64,000 nucleotides of DNA. It comes from Schmidtea polychroa. Lineage: Eukaryota. Positions 1 through 14,378 of this stretch are shown here, in pieces; position 1 is the stretch's first letter, and each line of letters begins with the position of its first letter. The notes under the pieces are model-generated. The model had not been told where the DNA came from, did no database searches, and was given only the letters and a program-made list of their open reading frames with translations. Where the stretch lies: the NCBI GenBank assembly GCA_044892525.1, contig CM097886.1, forward strand, positions 28,396,001-28,460,000, in the 5' to 3' direction. The position numbers and the translations under genes are program-made.

Positions 1-244
1 CTAAGACTAATCCTGATTTCCCAGAGTTTGGCACATTTTATATACTCCATCTAGATTCTAGATCTTTATTTAATAGACGTTATTAGTCTTATTTAAGTAC
101 TTGATACTTTTAACTCACTACAATGTTAACTGTCAGTAATGAGAAAACAATAATTTATGATTTATTTTTAATCTTTATTTGTTTAAATCGTACCCATACT
201 ACTTTTATGATAACGCCCTTCAATAATTCAGTATGGTTTTCTTT

Positions 245-791
245 CAGGGTTGCCAACTGTACGCTTTTGAAGCGTAACCTACGCTTATCGAGCAAAAAAA
301 CAAACATGTATACGTTATACGCACGCTTTTCATAGATATACGAAAAAATGCGTTTTTAGCTTGCTGGGATAAAAATATCGTCAATTTTTGGTTCGATGGT
401 GTAAAAAAAATTGCTTTCCAAATTGAAACGGCAGAATGTTTTCCAAATTCATATTTCAATTTACTTGAAATTTCCAGAAAAACTGTCATAATTACAATGT
501 GATATTTCCTGTATTTTGAAAATTAATTTTTGAGATGTAGAAATTAAAAAGTAAAATATATAATTTTATTAATTATTAATTTTGTTTAAGTTTTATTAAT
601 TTACCTACATTTATAAAAAATATTTGTTTAGTCAACAATTTATAAAAAATATTTGTTTGTTTTTTTATAATAAAAGAGTTTTTTTATTTTATCTCAATTT
701 TTATTTATTGCAATTATTTGTCATTTTTGTTACTATATGATTAAAAGAAATTTGAATACGCTTTTGGTCGAATCAAAAGTTGGCAACCCTA
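245..791. mobile_element. hAT-type MITE (547 bp)
   Basis: 14-bp TIRs CAGGGTTGCCAACT (245-258) and AGTTGGCAACCCTA (778-791); identical 8-bp flanks TTTTCTTT (237-244, 792-799). Confidence 0.85.
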
Positions 792-1674
792 TTTTCTTTC
801 CTGTTTATTTATATATTGGGCTTTTTTTCTAATTAATTAATTAATTAATGATTTTCTGGATTATGGAAATTTTTGTATTTTTCATATCTTTCCACTATTT
901 TTTTAATAAGACCACTTGAAAAAGTAATACCGAAAATTCTAGGTAAAAATGCAAAAAGTTCTTATTTCAATAATTAATTATCAATAAAATCTTGTCACCG
1001 TTTCAGTTTTGATTAATTATTTTCATTTAGAATTAAAAGTTTCAATTAAGTGTTTAATTAAAAAAATCATATTTCTTACATTTACATACCGTCTTAAACT
1101 AATAGCAACAAAATGCAAATCTGGCACCTATCTTTATGATTTTTTTAGCAAACATAAGCTTATTGAAAATGATTTAACAGAAAAAAGAACACAAAAAGCT
1201 TAATATTTATAATTAGCATTCATAATATTTCATTTATACATAAATGCTAAATAAACTCATCTATTGTTATCATATTTTAGTTGTCATAGCTAATAATTTT
1301 CTTTAACGCCGTTATGAATAAAAATGTTATTAATTGTTTTACTACATTGTTTTTTTGTTTGTGTGAATTTCTAAATAATTATTCAGTTTTCTAAACTGAA
1401 ATTAAATTTATTTAATATTAAGCACTTGATACTATATATATTAATTATAGATATTTTTGTTAGATAAATTCTTAAAAATAATGATGACTTTCGTTATCTA
1501 ATAAAAAACCTCAATTTCGATGACTGGTGAAATGGGAAATTAAATGTTTTACTGATAAATTAAATTAAATCATTTTTTTTCTTCTTAAAAAAGTAACAAA
1601 GTAAAGCTGATAAAATGATTAAAAATTAATTGGAGAAATTTAATTAATTTAATTAACTAAAATTACTTTTTTAG

Positions 1675-4600
1675 AAATTTATAACCGATGACAAATCCGA
1701 GCAACCAATGATAAAAGCAATGCCGGAAATTCGACCAGCAATTGAAGATAGTGATAGTGAATCCGGATCTGAGTTACAATTTTCTGACAATAAAGAATTT
1801 TCTAGGTTTTTTTATATTTTATATTTAATAGTAACTTTCATCACTCTAGCCGACCTTCAACTGGAATTAGCAGAAAAAAATTAAATATTCGACCATTTAC
1901 ACCAATATATAGTAATATAAGTAATTTGACTAACAAAACCATTATTAGACCTAAGAGTGAGTATGGATATAAGGAAGGTAGAGCTTCGACTCAAATGAGT
2001 TTAAATTCAGAGACAATAGAGCAAGAAAGGTTTTAAATTATTTATTAAAGTTGATAATGAATGTAATTTCTCCTTACAGTTTATTCCGCCAGTTAACATC
2101 ATTACAATGGCTATTAGAAGCAATGATTAATGAAAATGTGGAAAACATGTCTAGGATTTCTCTTTCGTGGATAACAAGGTCATTATTATATTTTTCATTC
2201 AAACATCACATGGACTCATTATTAATAAAAAGTGCCTATTTATTCTTTGATAACTTTTTTGAGATTCAGAAAACTCGTAACATTACAATATTAAACACTT
2301 CCTGGAAAATTTTGACACAAATAAAATAATATGGATAGTATTCCATATGGATAGTCATCCAGTAGTATTCCAGATTGAAATTCAAACAAATTTATAAAAT
2401 TAAATTTTAATTACCCTAAAATCGCGCAGATAAGCCGCGGCTTATCTGAAAAAAAGTAAATTTTTTAGAAATAAATGTCAAGTGATTTTTAAAAAAATAT
2501 ATAAATGCGGCTTATCTGCGCAATTTTAGGGTAATTTAATTTATGCAAAAAATTACTTAGACAAATTATATTTACAAAAATAAATAAGCATTAAAATTAT
2601 CCAATCTAATATATAAAGATGAAAGTTTATTTGTTTGTTACCCATAGAATTCCGTACCATTGGACCTAGGGTGCTGAAATTTTGCATGTGACTCTCATTT
2701 GACTCGGGACAAGTCATAGACTGTTTTTTAATTTTTAAAATTTTTAATGACTCATCATATCATTCGAAAGGTCTTTCAGAGATCTATGAAAAGGTCATAC
2801 CCGGCTCCACATGTTACCTTACTCTACTGTTTTTTTCTCTTTTTTTGCCCATTTTCACAGGTCCGATCGGGATTTAAGTGTAACCATTTATAGACAGAAT
2901 TTAATGCATTAAAAAATGGCGGAATTACAATTTCAAAACAGCATAAAAATGACACGGGTTCCATTGTATAAATAAGGATAATTTTCAAAAATTTCCAAAA
3001 GCGCAAAGGATAATATCAAATTTTTATTCTAAAACAGGAAAATAATTACTAAGCAGTTAGACAACTACTCATATTACTTTATTATATGATATATTACTTA
3101 TATTATATATTACTTAATTATATGAAAACCCAACATTTAAAAAATGTTGTTAATTTACATCAGGGGTGCATGCATTAGGTGCAGGATAAGGTTTCTGGGT
3201 GTACGGACTAAACAATTGAAAATTTTTGGTGTACGCAACTAGAATCATTCCCAAATCTTGCGAAGATGGCGTTGGAGGTACTTATTCCATTCGCCACTAC
3301 CTACATCCACGAAGCAGGATTTTCACCTCTAGTAAATATTAAAACTAAAAACAGAAATCGTCTAAATGCCAGTGATGACATGCGCATTGCGCTTTCAAAA
3401 TTTGAGCCTCGCTACCAAGAAATTATTAGAAAAAAACAGGAACAAATTTCACATTAAATTTTGTGCAGCTGTGTGTGTTATTTAAATATATTTTGAATTG
3501 TAATTATTAAATGTCGAACATATGTACAGCTCTACCCATATACGGAACCGTAAAAATAGAAATGGGTATTAAAAACTATGAATTTATTTCAAGTTTTAAG
3601 ATATAAAATTAGTTTAAAAAGAATTCCCCAATGAAAGTCTTACTTTCATACCGAAACGCTTTTGGAAAAGAATAGTTCAATATTAATAGTTCATATATTT
3701 TACGAATGCACATGATCACAGCATTGATTTTAATCCGGGTGATTCTGTTTTACTTCAAAAAGTCTTTGACATGAATTCACAAACACGAAGAAGAAAGATG
3801 GAAGCTTTTTATGAAGAAGGAACATGGATTATAGTTGAAAGAGTTGGATCTGATAACTTTAAAATTGAAAAAAGTGGTAATCAATCAATTTAAAAGACTG
3901 CTAAAAGAGAGATTTTTTAAAAACAGACTTAAAAAAATAAAACTTTGAATTGAATTCTTTTAATTTTCAGTAAAAATTGCTTTAAAAACTTATAATTTCT
4001 AATTTACTCTGTTTTTATGTATTTTATTTTAGTTCCGTATGTGGGTAGAGCCGTATATGGGTTCGAGATTAAATATTAAATGTAGAAATAAAGTATTAGA
4101 ATTCATTTAAAATTTTGATATGGCGTTTAATTTAAACCTGGCATCCCCCGACAAATTTAGGGGTGCTAAATCACTTTATAAAGTTCAAAGGGGTGCGTGC
4201 TTTAACAAAAGTTAAGAACCCCTAATATTTACATTGACTCAATAGATTAGAATCATTATTATTGTGAATGATTTTCCCTTTTAAGTGAATATACAAAATA
4301 TGTAAATAATTGTCTCGTATACTTTTAACTTCCGGCACATTCAAAAGAACAAATTTTTTTTGTGGCAGATCAATTAAAATTTATTTTAATTACAAAACTA
4401 ACAGCGACAATTTCAATTTGCCATAATTTTGATTGTCAATTTAATCCAGTAATAGTGAAATTAAAACTGATTTTAATTGAATAAAAATCACTGATGCGAT
4501 GAATAAGCTTAATAATGAGAACACCTTAACTCAAGATCCACGTTGATAGACAAACAGGAACTCATTTCTTCAGATTCCTCATGGTTCCTTTAATTCTTAA

Positions 4601-7600
4601 GTCATTCGTTTGAAATTATATTCACACTTCCTTTACATTCAATTTTTCCAATATCTAGCGGTCTTACTACCAGGATAAAATGTTAAATTCAATCATGGAT
4701 GCCATAACCTAACATCTTTTCCGAGTTTTCGAGTATAGATCAATTATCTTTTTATTTGTTGAAGTTATGTAAAATTAATGCAGAGACACAGAACTATGAG
4801 CAAAGCAATTAAAATATAATATTGAACGCAATTAGTGTAAAAATTAATGAAAAAAATAATAATAACTTTTTTTCGCTAAAACAAATATAAACCGGTGGAA
4901 ATTATGAGACGAATAACAATAAAGTAATTTAAAATGAACTGGAAAATAACAATTCATTAATTAGGAAAAACAAATAAATTTAATTTGTAACAAAATCCAC
5001 GAACTTAACAGGAAAAATTTCAGCTTGTCTGGCTAAAATAAAAACAATTAGATAAATAAAGACTTCCGACTCTTAGTGGGCCAGTACTTGAATTTGATTT
5101 GAGTGAAAAGGAAAGAGTCTTATATAAGGAACTTAAAATTTAACTAAGTTGGCATTCTGGTCGAAAACAAAAGTGAACAAAAGATAAACCCTTTCAACTC
5201 TTGAATTTTTTTAGTATGACATACATGTAACTCCAGCATACATTTTTGGAATTTCAAGTAAAAATGGTAGATTTTAGACAAAATAAATTGAAAAATAAAA
5301 ATAGAAAAGGTATCATGCAAATGCGAATTCAAAACACTTGATATATTCGTAAATTAATTTATTTAAACAAAAATAAAAACAATCGATGACTTTATAAGTT
5401 TTAAAGAGTTGAAAAAGAAGAGAGATTTGAGGCGGTTGAGGCGGTTTCTATCAGGGTCACTTGTCACTATTTTCAAGCAAAGGTCGATTGTATCGGTAAA
5501 AATTTGAACAATCGTAATTTGTGGTAATAATAAAAAGTTATTGTGTTGAGTTATTATTTGTGATAGAAAACACGTGTAGTTAAATTTGTAGCTCTGAACA
5601 ATAATTATACAACTCAACATATTTAATTTTTAACACAACTTTTTCAACAAAAAAATGGAAAGTTCTAAAAGTTATCAGTTAATGAATTCAAAAAATATTC
5701 AATCTTAATGGAAACGATAAGTTTTTTATTTTGATATTAATTTAACTAAATGTGTATATAATATATAAAATCAAAGAAAACTTTGAGGCAGTTGTGATAT
5801 TTTGTATATGGAACAATGGTACTATATTTCACAAATTTTATTCACTAATAATTGTCTTTTGTTTTTTTTATAATTATATCCAATTCAAGTAGTAGATTTT
5901 TATATTGAATCAATGGGGTATTTTAGTATTAATGTCATGTTTTAAGCAGTGGTGAGCTATGCATGTCCCGCGGGGGCTCGGCAGAGCCCCTTGTTAACTT
6001 TTTAAAAATATTGCCTTGTTGACTTTCAACTGTGATTTTGCGCCTCACTTCAAATTAAAATTTCTATTGTTTTGGTAGTAAACATTTTTAAAACAATTTT
6101 ATCGCATTTGTATATCAAAAAAAAATTTTCTGGACGCTTTTATATTTTACTAAAAAATTTGGAAAAAAGCATTTCTTTTTCTGGACGAAAAACAACTAAT
6201 TTTTTTTTGCGAGCCCTTTGTTATTTTTTTCACAGCTCACCACTGGTTTTAAGGTAAAGTTTTTCCTTTAATTAATTTTCCATAACTATATATAATATTT
6301 TTATTTGTTTGTAGAAAAGAAAATAATAACTTAACCTCATCAAAAAACAAAAAAGAAATAAAAGTAGCTTGGGAAAAATACATTACGAAATCAGTATTAT
6401 AAATTTCTGTCAAAGTGAAACTTAATTGCATTATAATAGGATCAACAGAGCAGAAACCGTATCACTATTAGTGGTCCATTATCAACACAAGCTATGAAAC
6501 CCGCCAACACGAATCAGATGTCTAAAACAAAAGAAAGTAACAGAAGTTAAATATATTATAATATTAATTAAATATGACAATGATTTAAATAAAAAAGAAA
6601 GTCTATAGATTTATTTATACGATATATTTCCACAGATAAACTGCCATTTTTAAATTATCATGCGTTTAAATAAAATATTTTTATACAATACATAATGAAA
6701 TAAATATGGCGATGATTTAATTTTAGAAAGCGCCCCTCAAACATGCGTTTTACGATATATTTCGACAGTTTTTATTCTATTATTACAGTTTTTATTTTAT
6801 TATAATATTATTAACTAGATATTATAGATCTGTAAAACAAATTACAAAATTATAAAATACTTTAATTTAATTTAAATAATCAATTATTTTTCAAATTAAA
6901 CTTTTTTCAAATAAAATATAAAATTTTTAACATGATATGAGATCACAAACAAGTAATTTTAATTTTAACAATCAATCCATAAATCAAAATTTTTTTTTAA
7001 AAATAAAATTATTTAATTATTATAAGAACTTTATTTTTCAAATTTTACCACTGACTTCTTTTCCATTGACATTGTATTTAATAAAAAGCTAAGACATCGA
7101 TATATTTATTGATTCATAGCCAAGCTCTTTAATAAATGGAATATTATTTAACTTAATAATTTAACTATTCAATTCATTTGAAAACAATAACAACCTACAA
7201 ACCGTCAATTTAGCACCAAGATTATTTACATTCAAAAAATTTAAAAAACCATTCACAGCATTTGGTACATTAATTTTCGGAATAGTTCATTTCAACAATG
7301 ATTTATTTTAAAACAAATATTTATTCTGAATTGTTTAAATACCTTAGTTCAATTAAGTAACAGTCTGCAAAACTGAAATGATCTTTATAAGTTCATAAAG
7401 TTGGTTTGACAATGAGAGCTGTTTTTTCTATGGTAGAACAGGTAAAAATCTTTAGATTGTAGATTAAAATCTGAGTTTGAATGGAAGGATGATCTTCGGG
7501 CAAGAATAGGATACAATAAATTTATAATTAAAACTTCTTTGAATTAGCATTTTAGGTCCCAATGAGAACCGTCATAGATTTCTATCTATCGAAGCACTTT

Positions 7601-10600
7601 CTAATTTTTTAATGAATTTTTGTAATAAATGTAATAAAACTTTAATTTTCAAAAACTTTTTTGGTGAATATATTAGTAGATAATTTTATTTGTGATATAT
7701 AGGTTTTTTTTAAATAATTTTCAGTATTAAATGGTAGAATGGTTGCAAAATCGAGATTGCATTGTTAACAAAAATTATCACAATGTTAAAATGAGTCGTT
7801 ATCAATTTCAATTGGTTCTTACTGTAGTGCCTCCGACATTCCAATTAATAAATATATTAATTTAATAATTAAATTACTAATACATTATTAAATTAAGTAA
7901 ATTAAATCATGTGGTTTGAATATTCTTTTTCTTTCGAACATCACCAACTTTTATTTCAAAATGTATTCAAAACCACAGAATTTTATCAATTTGTCGAAAG
8001 TCTATTTCCTCCAAACATGCGTCATTTCTAAAACCCAATATTACAATATTCGAAATATCAGCTCGTCATATAGACCACTGTCTCGCTTCTATCTTGGATT
8101 CATAATGGTATCAATTCAAATTTTCCTATTCTTGATATACTATTGCGCCATCAAATCCTTAAACGAACATCAGGTCATCCCTGATTGGAGCTATACAAAA
8201 TATAACTGGATTAATAATCACTCATTGATTTTTGAGAACAAATCAATTGCTTATGGTAAATTAACTTCTTCNNNNNNNNNNNNNNNNNNNNNNNNNNNNN
8301 NNNNNNNNNNNNNNNNNNNNNNNNNNNNNNNNNNNNNNNNNNNNNNNNNNNNNNNNNNNNNNNNNNNNNNNNNNNNNNNNNNNNNNNNNNNNNNNNNNNN
8401 NNCCTACACTTACCATATTTTAGTGCAGTGGCATTTAGTAAATAATTATTTTCTAAATATTAAAAAAGATCTTGAGAATTTAAATTATGACTTTTTTTTT
8501 CAAGAAGTTGAAATTAAAACATTACTCATCTGACTTGAACCAAAAATACTTTAAAATATTTCTGGTTTTCCTAATTTGGAAGCATTTGATGAATGCCTGT
8601 TGTTGATTGAAAAATGTCCAAAAGAAAAATATTCGAAAATGGTCATAAATGATGGATTAACTTATATCAAAGATGGATTCATAAAGCGTTCAGATATTGT
8701 CCAATTTGATTACTAGTCGATCTTTCCATAGAACTTAACCTTACATTTTAACTTCGAAAATACAATTGTTAACCAATTTTACAGCTCTGGTTCCAAAACC
8801 TTTAGATATTCAAGAAAATATAGTTTTCAATGCACGAAATTGCGTTCGGTGGAAATTATGAATTTTGAATTAATGTGCTTAATTGTTAATACCTAATAAG
8901 TCGTGAATGACCAGCAGTTTAAAGCATCTTATATCGCTCATTGTTTATAAGCCTGAGTTTTTATTAAATATACTTTTATTTTTGTGTCAAAACTTCACGC
9001 ATTTGTAATTTTAATAATCTTTCCTGGTCCCACATATCCATTATACTCTTTATTGTAAACGTCTGATTTAATTAAAACATAAAATACACTATAAAATAGA
9101 CGTTTCTGAAATTTCTTCGCTATTACTTTTTTCCTAAATATCATTTAAGCCAGAGTTTTCTTAATAGTTTTTGAAAAGTTGAATTAATCCATGTTTGAAA
9201 TAAAAAACATTATAGTTTTTCGAGTTTTCGTAAATGTAATAGATTTATGGTCTATTCTCAAAAAAAAAGTTCATAAAATATAAATAATGCTTAAAATGAT
9301 TTACAAGCACTCAGTTTCACATGTTGCGTTTGTTTATGGCCATATACGATAACGGTATTGATGTAATCAAAATTTTCATATGTATTTAATACTTAATTTC
9401 CAAATTCAATCTACTATAAGCAGAAAAATGAGCACAACATTTTGAGTTAATTTATGTTTTTATGCAACTACAAAAATGTCACATAAACATTATGTCTAAA
9501 TTATCTGCTTATAGTAGATTCATATCAGTAAAATCTGAAAATTTTTAATTTTAAAATTAGAAACGAAATTTTTTAAAGTTTATAATACTTTGAAATCTTT
9601 GGTATAATCTTTTCAGAATCTGTAGACATCTAGAATATATCAAAAATTTTAATAATTCATAATTTGCTTTCTTCCGACAATATAGGTTGAAAAATTTACT
9701 TCTTTTTGAGTTGACATTTTGTTCATAATCGAAAATTCATTTAATAAAACTTAAAACTTGCACGAACGGTCTTTTNNNNNNNNNNNNNNNNNNNNNNNNN
9801 NNNNNNNNNNNNNNNNNNNNNNNNNNNNNNNNNNNNNNNNNNNNNNNNNNNNNNNNNNNNNNNNNNNNNNNNNNNNNNNNNNNNNNNNNNNNNNNNNNNN
9901 NNNNNNNNNNNNNNNNTTATTGAATATTTTATTGTTATTAGCGAATGAAATTAATGTCAATACGTCATTACAATTATCAAAAGAGAGCTACCAAAAAATT
10001 TCTGTCAAGGAAATTCCATCTAATAGTCTAGGAAATATCTGTTCTAGGTAATTCTACTTTAAATGATTTGTATTAATATTTACCTTTTCTAGTCGTCCAA
10101 AATCTGCAGTTGGCCTTCAACGGAGACGAATGATTGCAGAAGTTGTAAGTTATAAGTAGTGACATGCAATGTTTATTTCATTTATTTACAAACTTTTCTT
10201 TCTGATTTATACAAATGATACTCAATCTTTTTCCTTACCCGCTACATTTCCGAAATTACCGAAATCTTTTTTCAGGGAAATCTTACATAGAAAAAAACAC
10301 GTGTTTGTTAAGTCCAATAGTCTTAAGAATTATAGAAACATTTTCATTTAAAATCTTCAAAGGTTCTTACTAAATTTTTTCGAGATCATTTAAACCACGC
10401 TCACGTTTTGTACTGGCAGGTAACCAATAAAAATATTTCCTCTTTTCAGTGACGGAAATAATTTAGGGACAAACAGTTGAAAGCGGAAAGTCTTCGCTGT
10501 TGGCAGCGAATCAAGCTTGATAAATGTTTCTATTTAAAATTCATTACTGTGTAACAAAACATTATGGTTTTCAATTTTTTAGAGATCAGTTTGTGAAGAA

Positions 10601-12995
10601 ATTGCGAAGAACAACAATGATTATGAATATAAGAAAAATTTACATTTGATGAGAATTGGAAGATTTCCAATTGACAGAAAGAGGTTGAAAAGTTTATATT
10701 TAACTTTGAAATTTATGAAAAACATTTTAGGATTTCAGAATCAACTAAACTTCTGCCAGAAGACCAATACAGTGATAAATTGCAACATATGTTGTCTAAA
10801 CATCACGACCAGTCTAGTCAAATGATTGAAGAGAAGTTGAATAATTTACGCGATAATATCCGCAACATGTCAGAGTAAGTAATAAAGTTTAATAATATTT
10901 TCAAAATTCTCAATTTTAGACAGCGATTACATTTATTGTTGAAATAATTAAGCAGGGCATACATATAACATATAAAATTTATGACTAAGATTATCCAATT
11001 TAAAAATATTTGTAAACAATTTTGACAATGTTGTACCGCTAATGGAAAAATTCCAATCATTGAGGTCTGTAAATCGTGAGCTATAAAAAGCGAGCGGTAA
11101 TAAATATGCTCCATTTCTAAATTCAATCTGATTTGAGCAGAAAAATATGTATAGTGCCCGATGCATACATAAATATTGATTAGTAATATGCAGTCAAAAC
11201 CAATGGACACATGCAAAATATATCCGGTTCTATTTACATAAATCAAAATTCTAAATGAGTACGCAATTTTGAGTTAGTTGAATGTTAACGTATTTTTTAT
11301 GCAACTAAGAAAAATTATTTGACGTTTTGATAGTGATTGTGAATACAAAATTTTGATAGGGTACTTCCGTGTTATCTTGCTCCCAAAAATTAAATTATAA
11401 AATACAATTAAAATAACGATATAAAAAATGAGAGAATACATTATTGATGTCGTTATTGAACATTATTGAACATGAATTTATTAAGGCTATCTGTGATTTA
11501 TGTGATTATGTGAGTTTATGGGGCGCAAACGTGTTCTAAGCAACAGTGCCGATGTGTTCGACACTCTTCTCAACGACATTGTGGTTTTCTGGCCACCTGG
11601 ATGACCATTTACAAACTCTTTACAAACATTTGCTGAGTTTGTAACTATTATTTAGAAAAAAAATATAATAATTATATGTGTTCTTTTTTAATTTAATTTT
11701 TGGGGGTAAGATAACACGGAAGTACCTTTTGATAGTTTTCAAATATTACTAGAAAAATAAGATTAATCAATGTTGAGAATTTCATAAGGTGAAGATCATG
11801 ATGTTTATAACATATGGTCGGTGGGTTCAAAAATAGAATAAAGCTGAAACTGATTTGAGAAAAATGGAGGATTCGGGTTGACCTATTATTGTAAATCATG
11901 ATCGTCCAAGCGAGATCGCATATATAAACAAATATTCTCGAGTGTTGTTCTTACACTATATAGCAAGGCATCTGCATTAACTGGTAAGACCAAGCTGAAA
12001 TCTAATTCCTAATTTTTGACAAATAAACAGGGAAAAGTGCGTAAAGATTCATGCCAACCAATGATGTTTTGGATTACTGTTGGATAGCGAAATTTACCCT
12101 GAGTTCAGTTGATTTCAATGGTCTTCCTTATCTATCTAGTACTACCTGAGGTAAACCCTCAACTATTTGAAGAAAGTTGTGTTAATAGATTTTCGGAATT
12201 ATGAAAGTTTTATAGATTTTGAATTTTTACGAATCGAAGAAACTTTTACTTGTAAAATATATTGAGAGAAACGAGCATAAGCAGATGGCAATAAGACGAA
12301 TATGAATAGAGTAATATAAAATCGATTTGGGTCCCTAGACAAAGTTATTTAATAAATACAAATTATATAATTGATTGGGAAAAATATTAAATTAAGGAAG
12401 CGATCCCCGAGCTTTATATGTGAAATTTCGGCCTGAAGTTAATCAATTTGTATAATAAAATTCCAACTTTTTGTAGGGCGAAAATTCAATCATCAATTAT
12501 GACGAGGAGAGAGTTCCCTATAAAAAGAAACTCAGCTCAGGTCGCAACAAAATGTTAGTGAAAAATAAAGAGCGAACTAGGAGTTCTATCCTACCGAACA
12601 ATAAATTTACTGAGTTATTACTTCATTTTCTTTATTTTCCAAATTTAACTTGTTCCGAAATAATATTTTCTTAAGCACAAAAATAGAAGAGTTTTAACAA
12701 TTGAACATTATGATATTTTGTTAGATTATTACAATTATTAACACTAAATGAAAAATATTATAATTTTAATAATTTTTAGAAGAGTATTATAATATATAAT
12801 TTTGTAATGTAAATAATTTGAATTCAGGTACAAATTGATAATTTGTTCAAACAAATACAAAGACATTCAAACCAAGGGAGAGTTCCATCAAATGCTCAAG
12901 AACTTCAGAGGCAAAAACACTTATCAGAATTTCTTCAAAGTTCTTGATCAATCTAAAAATAAAATAATTTACACAAACTGGTAAGAAATTTTACT

Positions 12996-13060
<65 letters not shown>

Positions 13061-13395
13061 GATGATAATAATTTTTAAATTAGGTTTTTATCACTCGAAG
13101 AAAATTTAAAAACCAACTATGAAAACAAAAGAATTGAAAAAGCTTTGGAAAAAATTCGACCTTTCGCATTAGTAAAACAATTCTTATTGTAAATTCGTAC
13201 AAATGTAATATTAAATATTTAAAGAACACAATTACGAAGCTAAACAAAAAGAGATTATTCTCAGTATTGAAATATCTGTCAGATTGGGAGATCAGACATC
13301 CGGATATAAGTGCTGGCATAAAGTTTGTCACTGACCACGTTGTTTCTATTTCAGAGGAAGAATATCAAATATGGTTTCGACAAAATTTTAACTAA
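1675..13395 (+). CDS. CCDC60: CCDC60-like coiled-coil protein, multi-exon; 5' end and some middle exons unresolved
   Basis: Phase-consistent GT-AG exons 1675-1805, 1850-2029, 2080-2178, 9942-10047, 10093-10144, 10583-10683, 10731-10874, 12828-12980, 13084-13171, 13225-13395. Spliced peptides RPFTPIYSN, LFRQLTSLQWLLEAM and C-terminal LFSVLKYLSDWEIRHPDISAGIKFVTDHVVSISEEEYQIWF* match my recollection of CCDC60 (RPFTP, LFRQLCALHWLLEAL, WELCSPDIAVAIEFVREHII..EDYISWL). The candidate exon at 12031-12150 does not phase cleanly. Confidence 0.75.
2414..2531. mobile_element. TA-flanked Tc1/pogo-like MITE (118 bp)
   Basis: 25-bp TIRs CCCTAAAATCGCGCAGATAAGCCGC with one mismatch; TA on both sides; perfect 22-bp palindrome at 2427-2448. 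Confidence 0.7.
2605..2975 (+). mobile_element. Possible non-autonomous Helitron-like repeat
   Basis: 5' A|TCTAATATATAAAG...TTTATTTGTTTGTT start resembles invertebrate non-autonomous Helitrons; no clear CTAG 3' end. Confidence 0.3.
3266..3457 (+). pseudogene. Buster/ZBED5/FAM200-type hAT transposase C-terminal remnant
   Basis: LIPFATTYIHEAGFSPLVNIKTKNRNRLNASDDMRIALSKFEPR...QEQISH* is the characteristic C-terminus of this transposase group. Confidence 0.85.
3527..4053. mobile_element. TA-flanked MITE nested in the hAT element
   Basis: 22-bp TIRs C(A/G)GCTCTACCCA(T/C)ATACGGAAC with 2 mismatches; TA at 3525-3526 and 4054-4055. Confidence 0.75.
5947..6245. mobile_element. hAT-type MITE (299 bp)
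   Basis: TIR CAGTGGTGAGCT / AGCTCACCACTG; 8-bp TSD GTTTTAAG (5939-5946, 6246-6253). Confidence 0.85.
8272..8402. other. Assembly gap (further N runs at 9776-9916, 13726-13922, 59924-60129)
   Basis: Runs of N. Confidence 0.99.
11360..11726. mobile_element. Mutator-like MITE (367 bp)
   Basis: ~37-bp TIRs GGTACTTCCGTGTTATCTT..CCCAAAAATTAAATT; 9-bp TSD TTTTGATAG (11351-11359, 11727-11735). Confidence 0.85.
12999..13058. repeat. (AAT)n microsatellite in a CCDC60 intron
   Basis: About 20 AAT units. Confidence 0.95.
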
Positions 13396-14378
13396 TAATA
13401 TTTCCTTCAGTAGTCCAATTATATTTATAAAGAACTATTCAATTTTTATAATTATGCTGTATATTCATTTTACTATGTTCCACAATCAAGTTATGAGGTT
13501 GTTTAAATTGAAATTAATGGAAAACGCATTCCGTACAATTTATTATAATTAAAACAAAATATTTAAGAATTTATTGCATGCTTATTGTTGCATTTACAAA
13601 TAAATAAACCGTTAAATATTCTTGTACAAATTTCTCATGTAGTATCATTAGTATTTTGTTTGTAAAAAATTATTAATTTATCAATTTAAATTTTATGACA
13701 ATTTTCAAATTATTTATATTATACANNNNNNNNNNNNNNNNNNNNNNNNNNNNNNNNNNNNNNNNNNNNNNNNNNNNNNNNNNNNNNNNNNNNNNNNNNN
13801 NNNNNNNNNNNNNNNNNNNNNNNNNNNNNNNNNNNNNNNNNNNNNNNNNNNNNNNNNNNNNNNNNNNNNNNNNNNNNNNNNNNNNNNNNNNNNNNNNNNN
13901 NNNNNNNNNNNNNNNNNNNNNNTGACTGATTCAACTACACAGAAAGGTAAAACCAAAAGTAAAAAAACCGGTACCCTCTCTTCTGGCCCTGCACAATACC
14001 TACTCCACTAATTCATGAAGAAATGTTGAAATATAATATTTGTCAAAATTATCAAACTAAAATCCTAACTTTAAATTCAATTGTTAACGAGAAAGAACGA
14101 AGTATTATTTCTAGTAATATTTTAATAATTAACTCACATTACAATTAATTTGGTAATTAAACATAATAATAATAAATAAAACTAAAAATTACCACAATAC
14201 TATTCCAAAAAGAAAGGAATCAGTAATTAAATATTCCAATAATTGGTTTCGAATGAGTTTAGCTGGTAACTATGGACATTGATTTGAAGATGGTTGAACA
14301 AGGTCTAAGGACTTCGCTGCTCCGAAATAGATGTAGGTACTAATAGATACAATCTGCAAAAAGATGATTAATTCTTAT

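Larger units (their letters stand above)
3161..4224 (+). mobile_element. Non-autonomous hAT (Buster/Charlie-like) element
   Basis: Left end CAGGGGTGCATGCA, right end GTTAAGAACCCCTA; nnnTAnnn 8-mer ATTTACAT at 3153-3160 and 4227-4234 (2 nt off the right TIR); contains a transposase C-terminus. Confidence 0.7.

Noticed and set aside
4560-4800. TGA read as Trp (variant genetic code), suggested by TGA-rich frames here and at 46693 and 48594
   Set aside because: Frames also contain TAA/TAG, TGG is used normally, and the kinesin ORF ends in TGA.
8530-8715. THAP/Harbinger-like transposase fragment (ISGFPNLEAFDECLLLI)
   Set aside because: Too short and interrupted to support a call.
7916-13956. Track ORFs spanning N runs (also 59900-60172)
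   Set aside because: Artefacts of translating gaps.
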